Virus record (IMG/VR): IMGVR_UViG_3300037041_002705
Span: 32,001-96,000 of that record
Strand: one strand, 5' to 3'
DNA length: 64,000 nt
Source: a virus
Positions 19,449-30,013 of the stretch are shown piece after piece. Position 1 is the first letter of the stretch. The number at the start of each line of letters is the position of its first letter. The notes beneath the pieces were generated by a model. That model searched no databases. It was not told the DNA's origin and was given only the letters and a program-made list of their open reading frames with translations. Both the position numbers and the translations under genes were made by a program.

Positions 19449-19743
19449 ATACCTGAGGGATTTTTTGAACCTCCTAGATGACGATCAAGTATTTCATTCC
19501 TACTTGACGAACACATTCATGCTTAATCAGATGAATTCATTGATAAGAGAGCTGAATGAGGGAATCAGGACTGAAGCCGAGATCGAAAAGGATGTACAGG
19601 ATTTGATAAGATCGGTTGAAATACTTGCGCCAGACCAATCAGGGATGGCGCAGGTCAACCTGTCAAAAGAAGAGTTCTGTAAGCTATTAAAGACGGTCAA
19701 AGATCAAACAATTCAAAACTTAGCAGAAAGGAGAATAAACTAA
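19432..19743 (+). CDS. Hypothetical protein
   Basis: Likely start ATG 19432 (MSRENK); coupled with neighbours. Confidence 0.55.
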   Translation: MSRENKYLRDFLNLLDDDQVFHSYLTNTFMLNQMNSLIRELNEGIRTEAEIEKDVQDLIRSVEILAPDQSGMAQVNLSKEEFCKLLKTVKDQTIQNLAERRIN

Positions 19744-20027
19744 TGCTAGAACAGATAAAGAAATTTTCAGATGCATTTGCACTCCCAATCATATTGGTCC
19801 TATGCATTCTGATGTTTTTCAGATCGTGCTCAACGAGTGCATCTGTTGCAAAGGTAGAAAAGAAGATCCAATCAATGGATAGCACAACATCTACCCTCAC
19901 AAAAGGTGATGTTGATTCTATCGTGAAGACTAGGCTTTATGACTTCCTCATATTTGAGGAGGATCTTGACAAGGGCAAGACTAGCCTCACGGACATAAGG
20001 ATAAAAATCTCATCAAATGAAAAGTAG
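19743..20027 (+). CDS. Small membrane-anchored protein / possible lipoprotein
   Basis: N-terminal hydrophobic helix ending FRSC; GGAG upstream. Confidence 0.6.
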   Translation: MLEQIKKFSDAFALPIILVLCILMFFRSCSTSASVAKVEKKIQSMDSTTSTLTKGDVDSIVKTRLYDFLIFEEDLDKGKTSLTDIRIKISSNEK

Positions 20028-20832
20028 TCTCATAAGAAAGGTAGTAATAGGCACATTTCTTTCTGTACCTGCGATATCATCAATAATATCGACTATCCAC
20101 CTTATTGATCTTTTTAACCTAGGAAACCCAACGTGGCTGTCAATCCTTTTGGCAGTCACGTTTGAGTTAGGTTCAATTGCCAGTTTGCTGGCAATTTCTG
20201 TTATAGAAAGGATAAAGGTTGGTGCAATCTGGTTCATATTCTTCATATTGTCTGCACTTCAGATAATAGGAAATGTGTACTATTCGTACAGCTTTACCAG
20301 CGATCAACTCCTTTCAAACCCTACATTCCTAACAAACTTCATGGATCTTTTCTCCTTCATAACAGGAGATGAGATGAAGGATGTCAAGATATTCCTTTCT
20401 TGTATAATAGGAATTCCGATCCCGTTGATTGCTCTGTTCTTCCTGAAATCTAACATTGATTACCTCAAGCCTGATAAGACTAAAAAGGAAGAGCCAAAGC
20501 AAGTAGAGCCAAAGGATGAGGAGGACAGAACCGAACAAGTGGTTCAAACAAAACGTAAACCTAAAAGTCAACCGATCGCTTCCGTAGAGGCACCAAAAGA
20601 AGAACCACAACACGATGATCCAACAATGGATGATCATGTGATACTAAACCCTAAATCAGCAGAAGAACCTAGTCTTTCTAACGAAGAGGAGGAACAACCT
20701 ATGCATTTTGATGCTGTTGAAGCACAGGAACAGCAGGATGAAGCAACGGCTGAATCGGGCAAGCACAGGTCGCCAAAACCAATGATATCCCAAAGAAGGA
20801 ATGAATCAATTTCTGTCCTTCATAGAAAGTGA
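20017..20832 (+). CDS. Multi-pass membrane protein with acidic disordered tail
   Basis: About four hydrophobic helices, then a charged C-terminus. Confidence 0.65.
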   Translation: MKSSLIRKVVIGTFLSVPAISSIISTIHLIDLFNLGNPTWLSILLAVTFELGSIASLLAISVIERIKVGAIWFIFFILSALQIIGNVYYSYSFTSDQLLSNPTFLTNFMDLFSFITGDEMKDVKIFLSCIIGIPIPLIALFFLKSNIDYLKPDKTKKEEPKQVEPKDEEDRTEQVVQTKRKPKSQPIASVEAPKEEPQHDDPTMDDHVILNPKSAEEPSLSNEEEEQPMHFDAVEAQEQQDEATAESGKHRSPKPMISQRRNESISVLHRK

Positions 20833-20850
20833 ACAAATTAAACAACAACC

Positions 20851-21288
20851 ATGAGCTATACAGATCCATGCTATCCAGGGCTAGACGCACTCTCAGAGAA
20901 GCGGATAGTCTTTGTAAACAATAAGCTTGCAGTATTATCCGGCCAACTGATAAGCCAACAGATACCTCTTGATAGCTTTTTCATTCCTATAACATCTAGT
21001 GTTGTTACTAGTTTCACCCTTGCAGAAGATACATCAATAACCCTTGGCTATTGTAACATTGATAATGCAAGTGGACAGGTAAATGCAATATTCCTTTTTG
21101 TTGAGTATGATTCAGATGTTGCAGATGCAGATAAGTACATTGAATGGTCATGGGACGAAGCCACATGGTATCCCCTAGGAAAGATCCTGGCCCTAAGTTC
21201 TGCTGATAACAGCATGTTGGACCAGATATACCTAAGAAATCCATCGGCAGCCTATCCAGTGTCAATTACAGCAATGATTGCTACATAA
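20851..21288 (+). CDS. Hypothetical beta-rich protein, probably structural
   Basis: ORF composition; precedes fibre cluster. Confidence 0.55.
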   Translation: MSYTDPCYPGLDALSEKRIVFVNNKLAVLSGQLISQQIPLDSFFIPITSSVVTSFTLAEDTSITLGYCNIDNASGQVNAIFLFVEYDSDVADADKYIEWSWDEATWYPLGKILALSSADNSMLDQIYLRNPSAAYPVSITAMIAT

Positions 21289-21315
21289 AAGTCAGTATCT
21301 ATACTTAAGGCCGGG

Positions 21316-21324
21316 GATATATAG
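21316..21324 (+). promoter_or_regulatory. Putative late promoter GATATATAG
   Basis: Intergenic, upstream of fibre cluster. Confidence 0.7.
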
Positions 21325-21341
21325 AGAAAATAAATCTCGTA

Positions 21342-24300
21342 ATGGCAAAAAAGCTTCAGTCTAACTTCATAAGAAGGATAGAGAAGACCCTGACGTCTAC
21401 CAGGCCCCAGATTCCAACAGCAGGAACTAACCACGTCGATGATGCGTCCTCATGGACGACCAACATGATATACCAAGGAGAGCTTGGTATCAACTTTACC
21501 TGCGGCACTCTTTGGACCCAGGATGGTGACACGGGGTTGCAGCCAAACGCTGAAGATGCCATACTTGATGGCCTGGTGCTTTCAAACGTTGGAACAAGCG
21601 GAACTTACCTTGCAGTATCTGATGGCTACGCAAGGCTAAAGGGAAGGACGTATGTGTACAACACGCCTTCTCTATCAAACCCCAGCTCAATAACAATTGA
21701 TGGCTCTTCTGGTGCTGCAGGCCCTAGAATAGATACGATTGTTGCCACGCCAAGCACCAACTACAACTCTGTAGAGGACCTGTACGAGCTTGAGGTAACT
21801 GTCATAAAGGGCGATGTGTTTGCGCCTGGGTGTCTTGCAACAAAGCTCTGGCCCCCACAGGTAACAGAGCCAGCAGTGAACTGCCTCTCTGAATATGTTC
21901 TTCTTGGTTTTGTATACGTTCCAGCAAACCTAAACCAGTTAACTACGCCTCTCTATCCTCTTGCGGTTGTTGATGCAACACTTAATCCTGCAACTGCACA
22001 GCCTTACGACCCATACAACATAGGATCTGGTTACTACACAACGTTTCCGATGCCTATAATGACCACAAATGACTTCATAAAGAGGAGACAGAGGTCAAAC
22101 TTTGAATGGCAGCCAAACACGCTTTACTTTGAGAAGCAGCTTGTCTACATAGTTAGCTCTGGTTGTGGGACACTCTACGAGGTTTCAGAGACGTATCAAT
22201 CATCGGCTTCTTCTGCATCAGACATATCATCTGGGTATCTGGTAGAATTCTGTGGCGTTGGCGGTGCATCAATGACGATAGACACGTTTGCTGACATAGG
22301 ATATCCACCTTCAGCAGGAGTTCCAACATTCTCTGATGGGTACTTCTCGGATTGGAATAGTTCAACGAGGATAATAGATTCCATAGCATATCTTAATAGC
22401 CTGATCGGAAAGCTTGCGCCTCCTTCTCCAAAGACAATTGATGAGATAACACTCATCCTTAGCCCTACGATGGAGTCGTACAGCGCAAAGACGCTTGGAA
22501 ATAGCATAGTTGTAAACGTCATAGACACAAACTTGACGCCGGCTGTTGTAATAACACCAAATGGCGATCCATTCAAGGACTACAATGGCCACTGTGAGAT
22601 GTTCGGATTCTTCAATACAACCGCAACATCCTCTGGAAACCTCTATGATGATGATCCGGCGTTTGATCTTCCTGATGTCCCAACATATTATACTGTGGCC
22701 ACATCATCTGATGCAACATCAGGATCAATGGAAGTCCAGGTTACAGTTGGAACAGACATATCAGCAAACCCAATGCTGATAACAGGAAGAAACTTGTTGA
22801 TAAGGTCGATAGATGATACCAGCAACTACTTCTATGTTGTCGTTAAGGAACCAACAACCTGGTCCGGTGGAACACTCTTTGTGACAATAAATGACAGCAC
22901 ATCCTTTGCATCGATAGCATCAGACTTTGAAGCATGGGAGATCTACATTGCTGATATGGCAGATGTTGCAAGTCCTGACGTTGAACTAAATGCTGCAAAG
23001 GTTGATCCATATGAGAACATAGATCAGAAGAATGACATATACACTGCATTTAGTGTAAGTGTGGAGACTGCTGATCCAATTGCAGCAACAACGACCATGC
23101 AGGTGCTTGGCATAAACTACAGAGGCGTTCAAGGCGTCTGTGATTTCTATGTTGAGAATCCACTAACTCCTATAATAAGCATGAATGCAGGCCCACAAGG
23201 CATACACACAAATGGAAAGTATCTTTCGGGAGTTCCAGTGCTTTCAACCGGCGATACAATGCTGATGAGCTTTGAGGTTGAGGACGCAGTTAACTACTTC
23301 TACAATAAGGACAGAATAGTTGAGTGTCTGAATACAACAGACTTTAATTCGTACGTTTTAATAGATCAGGACGCAGATGGTGGGGCACCTAGCACAGGTT
23401 CTCCTTGGCCAATAAATAAGCTCCTTACATTCACAAACAACAATACGCTGACCGTATCAGATGAGGCATGTAGTGATGGGCTTAGCTTTAACCTTGCTGC
23501 ATACAACTCAAGGGGCACAGAAATAGCTGATGTTGGTGCGCTGCTTCTTGACACAAATGTTGTTGCTGATTCAAACTCACAGGAAATTCCGACCGTTGAT
23601 GCACTTGATTACCTTGGATATGAACCAAGCACAGGAAGGTACACAAGTGGAGCAGGGGCATTTCCAACTGGTGATACACCAATAATATATGATTCATCTT
23701 CATCATGGGGTGACGCATATGATTCTGCACAGACGCAAGTTGACATATCAACAAATGATGAACTTCAGCTTGGATCAACACAGACAAACAGTGGACAAGT
23801 TCTGTGTGGGTACTATTTCTATCCTAGCCAAGACTACAGTTCAATGGACATATATGCTGATACGTCAGCAACTCCAGTATCTCCTCTTCCTCCTGACTAT
23901 TCTAGCCTTCCTAGTTCAGTAAATGATTACAGGTGGGCAACATTCTATGTTGGATACGTTGATACGGCGATCAAATACCTAAAGCTTAGAATAGTTGGTG
24001 GCGAAAACATAAATGAAGTATGGGATGGCCTAACAATGACACCAAACTTCCAGTTCCAGGTAAAGATATTTGACCCAGATACAGGCCTTGTTACTGGTTG
24101 GTTGGATGGAAATACTGCATATGATTCATCTTCTCCAACAGATCCTTATAGCAATGGTGATGCTGCATTGGACGCATCATTTGGTCAGGGTTCATTGTTC
24201 AGAAGGATAACCTTTGGACAGACTGCAAGAAAGGGAACAGTTTGGGTCAGGGTTGGAATGCAGTACTATGATGATGTATCAACACCAACAAACATGAGAT

Positions 24301-24740
24301 TTAGAGGAGTTTCCCTCATAACAAGTGAATCTGCCGTCGAGGGAGATGGTTGGGAGTACATAGACACAAGCCTCATGCCTACACTATCACACATACAGTA
24401 TCTGACGCTTGCCGTCAATGGATCTAACTTCCCGGTTGAGTTCTCAGACCCAGATTCTCCAAACACCATGACCCCTGGTCTAGAACTTCAAGTGAAGCTC
24501 GATGGTCCTAATGGAACAGATTGGATCAGTGCAAACGATGCATATGACCCAGGAATTGTTGCAGAGCCATACAACCTTGGAGATCCTGCTCTTGATGCAT
24601 CTCTCAGCACACAGAGTTCAAGAAGGATTACATTTGGATCTGTTGTTGGAGGAAGAAGTGGAGAACTTAACATAAGGTATCGTGTTGCAGCAAACTCTCC
24701 AATAACGATAAGCACAATCATTCTTGAAGACTACTCATGA
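21342..24740 (+). CDS. Large tail-fibre/virion appendage protein
   Basis: N-terminal GELGINF..GTLWT fibre-type motif; PRIDTIV..KG anchor-like motif; acidic beta-rich; duplicated C-terminal domain. Confidence 0.6.
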   Translation: MAKKLQSNFIRRIEKTLTSTRPQIPTAGTNHVDDASSWTTNMIYQGELGINFTCGTLWTQDGDTGLQPNAEDAILDGLVLSNVGTSGTYLAVSDGYARLKGRTYVYNTPSLSNPSSITIDGSSGAAGPRIDTIVATPSTNYNSVEDLYELEVTVIKGDVFAPGCLATKLWPPQVTEPAVNCLSEYVLLGFVYVPANLNQLTTPLYPLAVVDATLNPATAQPYDPYNIGSGYYTTFPMPIMTTNDFIKRRQRSNFEWQPNTLYFEKQLVYIVSSGCGTLYEVSETYQSSASSASDISSGYLVEFCGVGGASMTIDTFADIGYPPSAGVPTFSDGYFSDWNSSTRIIDSIAYLNSLIGKLAPPSPKTIDEITLILSPTMESYSAKTLGNSIVVNVIDTNLTPAVVITPNGDPFKDYNGHCEMFGFFNTTATSSGNLYDDDPAFDLPDVPTYYTVATSSDATSGSMEVQVTVGTDISANPMLITGRNLLIRSIDDTSNYFYVVVKEPTTWSGGTLFVTINDSTSFASIASDFEAWEIYIADMADVASPDVELNAAKVDPYENIDQKNDIYTAFSVSVETADPIAATTTMQVLGINYRGVQGVCDFYVENPLTPIISMNAGPQGIHTNGKYLSGVPVLSTGDTMLMSFEVEDAVNYFYNKDRIVECLNTTDFNSYVLIDQDADGGAPSTGSPWPINKLLTFTNNNTLTVSDEACSDGLSFNLAAYNSRGTEIADVGALLLDTNVVADSNSQEIPTVDALDYLGYEPSTGRYTSGAGAFPTGDTPIIYDSSSSWGDAYDSAQTQVDISTNDELQLGSTQTNSGQVLCGYYFYPSQDYSSMDIYADTSATPVSPLPPDYSSLPSSVNDYRWATFYVGYVDTAIKYLKLRIVGGENINEVWDGLTMTPNFQFQVKIFDPDTGLVTGWLDGNTAYDSSSPTDPYSNGDAALDASFGQGSLFRRITFGQTARKGTVWVRVGMQYYDDVSTPTNMRFRGVSLITSESAVEGDGWEYIDTSLMPTLSHIQYLTLAVNGSNFPVEFSDPDSPNTMTPGLELQVKLDGPNGTDWISANDAYDPGIVAEPYNLGDPALDASLSTQSSRRITFGSVVGGRSGELNIRYRVAANSPITISTIILEDYS

Positions 24741-26572
24741 CGCAGGAACAGAAACTAGAAATAGTATACAAAAAGCTATTCAACCAGAAGGCTTTTACGA
24801 AAGAGGGGACTCAATTTTTTGAGGAACCTTTTTCTACGTTTTCACAGGTACCACTTTCATACATCTATGTAAACAGTGACTACCTGCCTAGCACTGCGCC
24901 AAATGCTGCAGTGACTGTTGCCGGAATTGAGACGTTGTCATACGTCGAAAAAGAAAAGGCAGTTCCATTTGATTCGAGCGGGCTGAAGTTCAAGACAAGA
25001 AATGGAAGGATAATTCCAACGAGCTATGGCACTGGATATGGCATCGAAATGAGGACCCAGTCAGGAAGCTTGATAGATCCAGATTTCTTTTCCTATGTTA
25101 TAGATTGGGAGTCTGGGTTGATCACATTCAATAACGTTCCATTTGATGTTGACTTCAATAACCCTCCTCTTCTGACTTACCATTACTATTCTGGCAAGAC
25201 TTTAGAAAACATCGTTACATTCACACAGCAAGGCCAAAGAGGGGAAATAGGACCAACCGGTGAAACCGGGCCAATTGATGATTCGGTTCTCATATACAGG
25301 GGGCAGACAAACTTTACCACATCTCCTGCTATACAGTATAATCCAAATGATGTGATAACGTTCACCACAAATGGAAACAGCTACATATGCCTGCTTGCAA
25401 CAACATCAAGCCCAATAGCATCTCCTTCTTCCTGGGAAAACATATCTCCTTCTGGAACAACAGGACAGATGCCGGAGAATGTTTTGTACGTAAACCACCC
25501 AAACTCTGTCCCAACCTCAGGGCTTGCAAATGGATCAGATTTCTATTTTACTTCCCTTCAGGATGCAATAGACCATGTTCAGCAGGGTGTTCCAACGACT
25601 ATAATAGTCAATCAGCTTAACAACCTGTATCCTGCAGCAGAAGGAGACATCACGATAGAAAATAAGACGTTGAACATAATCTTTAGAAAGTGGGCAAATC
25701 TTGCATCGGATCTCATTGTGTCATCAGGCTTTACCCTTTTGATAAAGGACTCAGATGTTACAATACAGAATGCACAGATCGGCAGCGGGATTCTATTTAA
25801 GACCTATGATTCAATAAATGAAATCACCATTGATGCAACATCATCTGAAACCACAGTTAAGTTTGTTGAGTGTAAGATGACATCAAAGATCATTAAGATC
25901 ACAAGAAATGCAGCAAACAATGCTATCGTTACATTTGAGAGATGCTCAATAAATTCAGAGAAGCTCATAACTAATGCTGATGTGGTGATAAAGGACTCAA
26001 TGTTCTCTGGTTCAGTAACCGGCGACTATACACAGGATGAAGTTCAAGGAGAGCGACACACGTTCCATGTAATAAATAGCATCGGATTCCAAAGAACAAC
26101 AAGAGGAAGCCTGAGAAATCTTCAGGCATATGACATCGTTGTTCTTTCAAACAGGAACGACGTACAAAACCTTTCGGTCAAGCTTGAGAACAGCATTCTT
26201 CCAGGCTTTGGTATCGTACTTAATCCAGAGACATTCATCTACTCTCCAGATGTGGTAAGCATTGATTCAAACAACTCTATGTTCTATCACTTTGGTCTTG
26301 ATGAAGCATCTGCAAATCAAGGAGGCACCATAAATGTGGTTGGCTCAAACGTTGGATATGGCGTGAACTTTAATAACTTTCCTGCCCAGTTCTTTACAAT
26401 CGATGATCCATACAACGCATCAAATGCAAACTTTTATTTCTCGATAGATGGACCTGGCGGCGCACAGATTCCGGTTGTTACATGGGACGCTGGTGCATTA
26501 CAGACTATAGGATATGATGCTTATAAATCTCTGATAATTGATGAAATTGAAAAGCTAATGTTATCATTATGA
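24737..26572 (+). CDS. Tail-fibre paralog 1 (shared N-domain, short collagen, CBM-like, beta-helix-like C-domain)
   Basis: DWESGLITF..LTYHYYSGK; GEIGPTGETG; YNPNDVITF..GNSYICL. Confidence 0.6.
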   Translation: MTQEQKLEIVYKKLFNQKAFTKEGTQFFEEPFSTFSQVPLSYIYVNSDYLPSTAPNAAVTVAGIETLSYVEKEKAVPFDSSGLKFKTRNGRIIPTSYGTGYGIEMRTQSGSLIDPDFFSYVIDWESGLITFNNVPFDVDFNNPPLLTYHYYSGKTLENIVTFTQQGQRGEIGPTGETGPIDDSVLIYRGQTNFTTSPAIQYNPNDVITFTTNGNSYICLLATTSSPIASPSSWENISPSGTTGQMPENVLYVNHPNSVPTSGLANGSDFYFTSLQDAIDHVQQGVPTTIIVNQLNNLYPAAEGDITIENKTLNIIFRKWANLASDLIVSSGFTLLIKDSDVTIQNAQIGSGILFKTYDSINEITIDATSSETTVKFVECKMTSKIIKITRNAANNAIVTFERCSINSEKLITNADVVIKDSMFSGSVTGDYTQDEVQGERHTFHVINSIGFQRTTRGSLRNLQAYDIVVLSNRNDVQNLSVKLENSILPGFGIVLNPETFIYSPDVVSIDSNNSMFYHFGLDEASANQGGTINVVGSNVGYGVNFNNFPAQFFTIDDPYNASNANFYFSIDGPGGAQIPVVTWDAGALQTIGYDAYKSLIIDEIEKLMLSL

Positions 26573-28389
26573 CAACCCAACAGAAAATATCGATTCTGAT
26601 AAGAAAGTATGGCTCGAAGTCTGTCATACGTGATAACACGGCCCCTCTTTCTGGAGATGCAGATTCATTCTCAAACAACAAAGTCCTTCCTGAACAGATA
26701 TGGGTTGACCTGAAGTCTGTTCCTAAAGGAAAGAATCCACTGTTGAACTCTCCTGTTGATCTGTCCACATGGCCAACAGGATCAAATGATCCTGTCATAG
26801 TAAAGATAATAAAGAAGCAGCTCACTTGGATACCAGGGACAAATGCGTTCTATGATCCTTCTGATCCTGACGAAATATCAACAGTCAAAGATGTCATAAG
26901 CCCTGATGTAGATAGATCATACAGCCCGTTTGTCTATGTGCTTAACACGCAAAGCAATCGGTACTTGTACCATTTAAGCCCTGGTGAATACAATTGGGTG
27001 TTTGATTATGAAACAGGTTGCCTAGTTTTTGTTGATGGGCTTCCTTCCTTCATGAAGAGTCCGCAGTTTCAACCGCCTGCAATCACATGTTACAGATACC
27101 TTGGGAGAAAGACTGCCGAGGGCCTGTCATCAGATCTCACGCAAGGACCAACTGGACCAACAGGTCCTACCGGAATAACTGGAGAAACGCAAACAGATTC
27201 CATGGTATGGAAGGGACAATACGACAACATACTCAGTTACTCTGTTAACGATACTGTCTACAAGGATGGGATAATATGGGTAAAGACAACAGGCCCAACA
27301 GGCCCAACAGATTTTACATCTGCATACTTTGATTCAATCACGTACAATGAACTTGTAGATGGATTCATAAACACGATAAATGAGCAGTACATAGATGTTG
27401 AATACACAACAAATTCATCTCCATACTTTGAAAGCCTTGATGATCTTTCAAGCCTTCTTTCAAGTGATCTTTCTGGGATTGGTGATGCGCTGAAAAACAG
27501 TGATCAAAACATAAACGTATTCAATACCACTGGCGCGCAGAACTTTTACTCAAAGACATTTGTTCCATATTCAAACAGGCTATACTTCTTTTCTCCTGAA
27601 AAGCTAACTGATGCAGTTGAGGTATATCTCGAAGGTGCTGGCTACAGGATGCTATCAATTGATGGAATTCGTTCCTCTGATACAAACATCACCACACAGT
27701 CATTCTTAAACGTCTCTAGGTCAAAGCTGACAGGAACCGGATCGATACAATCGCTAACGAACTCAACTGTTGTTCCAGTAGGAATGCCTGATGTATCTAC
27801 AACAATAACAGACAGCCTTTTCCAGGATTATGAACTAGTTCTTAACGGAAGCTCAAGAATAAACTCATGCGACTTTCAGGGATGCAACATTCAGATAGGA
27901 GACCCTGGGTTTAACAGTCCTGTTGCAAAGGACATCTATAACGGCATAATACACTACTTTCAAGATACAAGATTTAGCGATTCAACGTTTGAACTTGCAT
28001 ATACTGGAGAGTATCAGAATGTCACCATAGTGTTTAACAGATGCAGAATATCAGACTCAAGGATAGATGCAAATGATGCTGGGTTTACATTCCCAAACAG
28101 GCCAAATGCATTTGCCCTAAACAATCCTAATGCAATAATCATAAAGGTCGTATTTATAGATACTGCGATAGCATGTGACGGTTCAAACTTCAATTACATT
28201 GATGGATCAAAGATGACTGTAATAGGATCAAATGTTGCTCCTTCAAGAATAACCCCGCCACAGAACACAATTGGATTTGTCTCAGGTATCATAACACAAG
28301 ACCAAGAGTTAAACGCATTTCTACAGAGGCAAAACTCTTATTCTTTGGTAAACCCTAGAACAACAACAAACTTTTACTTCAACCAATGA
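26569..28389 (+). CDS. Tail-fibre paralog 2
   Basis: DYETGCLVF..ITCYRYLGR; GPTGPTGPTG; WKGQY..YSVNDTVYKDG. Confidence 0.6.
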   Translation: MTTQQKISILIRKYGSKSVIRDNTAPLSGDADSFSNNKVLPEQIWVDLKSVPKGKNPLLNSPVDLSTWPTGSNDPVIVKIIKKQLTWIPGTNAFYDPSDPDEISTVKDVISPDVDRSYSPFVYVLNTQSNRYLYHLSPGEYNWVFDYETGCLVFVDGLPSFMKSPQFQPPAITCYRYLGRKTAEGLSSDLTQGPTGPTGPTGITGETQTDSMVWKGQYDNILSYSVNDTVYKDGIIWVKTTGPTGPTDFTSAYFDSITYNELVDGFINTINEQYIDVEYTTNSSPYFESLDDLSSLLSSDLSGIGDALKNSDQNINVFNTTGAQNFYSKTFVPYSNRLYFFSPEKLTDAVEVYLEGAGYRMLSIDGIRSSDTNITTQSFLNVSRSKLTGTGSIQSLTNSTVVPVGMPDVSTTITDSLFQDYELVLNGSSRINSCDFQGCNIQIGDPGFNSPVAKDIYNGIIHYFQDTRFSDSTFELAYTGEYQNVTIVFNRCRISDSRIDANDAGFTFPNRPNAFALNNPNAIIIKVVFIDTAIACDGSNFNYIDGSKMTVIGSNVAPSRITPPQNTIGFVSGIITQDQELNAFLQRQNSYSLVNPRTTTNFYFNQ

Positions 28390-30002
28390 CAAACTCAGAG
28401 AAAATAGACTTTTTGTACTCAAAGTTTGTATCACCAAATTCAGCACAGACTTCAGTGTTCAACAGCCAAGTATGGGCCCAAGGAAATGATATACCATTGA
28501 CCATACCATCATTTGACACAAACGGAGAGTACAAGAATTCGTCAGATGAAGTCATACTAAAGAAGAACGAATACGTTAAAATGATGCTGGTTCCTGGGTT
28601 TCCAAATGCATTCTCTTCAACGGGCGTGTACGATGTGGTCAGCTATGAAAATGGATTTGATCCCTCTTATGAGTATAAGTTCTTCACAAGATCATCAAAT
28701 GGAAGCTATGTTGAGATACCATTTGGAGAAGGTGGGTACTTTTTTGACCATGATACAGGAATACTTTTCTTTCCAGAAGGAAGAACACCCCTGTATAATT
28801 CTGCGAGCCTGTACATAACATTCATACAGTATGTAGGAAGAAAGGGAATCAATACAACCTCACAGTTTTCTGGGTATCCACAATCAGGACAGATGGGTCC
28901 TACTGGCCCAACAGGCCCAACAGGTGATACTGGATCTGCTAATCCCTTTTCCATAAGATACAAAGGTACATGGTCGTCGTCTGTTGAATATTCAAAATGG
29001 AATTTGGTAAAGTATGGTGGCAAGTTTTTCATTTCAACGATAAACTCAAACAGCTACTATCCAACAAATGGAACATACTGGCAGCCATTTGGGATCCCGC
29101 AACTGTCTGCTGTATTCAACAGTCCAGATGATACCTATTGGGTCTCTCCTAACTTCACGCAGACAGGAGAGCTCTATAACGATATTGAAAGCGTCTTTAA
29201 TGACATAAATGTTCAAGCCTTTACAGATACAACTATTGTCATTTATCCGGGCAACTACCAAATAAATGACAGCATAATCGTTAGGAATGGCGTAAACATA
29301 AACTTCGTCTTTTACGGAAATGTCACAATCTCTTTTAGAGATGATGCACTCTCCATGATCTTTAATCAGGGAAGCAAGATAGAATTTAGAGGGGACGGTT
29401 TTGAGTTCACAAACGGCAATGTGCGTCTAAATGGTTCAAGCCTTTCAGTTGTTGGAGGAAAGCTTCCAAATGTTCAGCTCTTGACAACAACACTGGCTGA
29501 TACATCAAGGCTCATGATGGTAAATTCGGAACTTTCATATCTAACAAACCATGGATCATTTGCATCACTAAGAGGAACGAACGTGGTCAACAAAATAACC
29601 ATGGATGAGGTATCCGTTGTTCACATAGAGGAATGCATGATACAGGCAAGGCCAGATGATGATCCAACCCAGGAAAAGATAGAAATAATCTCGGCTGTTT
29701 CAAGCGGCACCCCTCCGGGCTTTGGATATGAGAATCCTGCCCTTTTGATAAAGAACTCTCGGGTTCTGTCAAACGAAGCAGTTCTCTATTCAACAATTGC
29801 CCCCCTATATGGAATGCAGATAGGACTAATTTCTTCTGCTCTGTATGTGAAAGATTCAGCAACAAGCTTCCTTGACTTTTCTGATGTCATGGATGCGTTT
29901 GTTTTCAATACAGTTGTCAACACAACATACGACGATACAAAGCTACAGATACTAAACATCAATGGCCAGTTCCAAACCATTGAGGCTAATTTTGAAGACT
30001 AA
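28386..30002 (+). CDS. Tail-fibre paralog 3
   Basis: DHDTGILFF..ITFIQYVGR; GPTGPTGPTG; YKGTW..YSKWNLVKYGG; IVIYPGNY beta-helix entry motif. Confidence 0.6.
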   Translation: MTNSEKIDFLYSKFVSPNSAQTSVFNSQVWAQGNDIPLTIPSFDTNGEYKNSSDEVILKKNEYVKMMLVPGFPNAFSSTGVYDVVSYENGFDPSYEYKFFTRSSNGSYVEIPFGEGGYFFDHDTGILFFPEGRTPLYNSASLYITFIQYVGRKGINTTSQFSGYPQSGQMGPTGPTGPTGDTGSANPFSIRYKGTWSSSVEYSKWNLVKYGGKFFISTINSNSYYPTNGTYWQPFGIPQLSAVFNSPDDTYWVSPNFTQTGELYNDIESVFNDINVQAFTDTTIVIYPGNYQINDSIIVRNGVNINFVFYGNVTISFRDDALSMIFNQGSKIEFRGDGFEFTNGNVRLNGSSLSVVGGKLPNVQLLTTTLADTSRLMMVNSELSYLTNHGSFASLRGTNVVNKITMDEVSVVHIEECMIQARPDDDPTQEKIEIISAVSSGTPPGFGYENPALLIKNSRVLSNEAVLYSTIAPLYGMQIGLISSALYVKDSATSFLDFSDVMDAFVFNTVVNTTYDDTKLQILNINGQFQTIEANFED

Positions 30003-30010
30003 ATATATAC
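30002..30010 (+). promoter_or_regulatory. Putative late promoter AATATATAC
   Basis: Core ends 4 nt before ATG 30014; ATATATACGGCATG identical to the site at 50740. Confidence 0.65.
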
Positions 30011-30013
30011 GGC

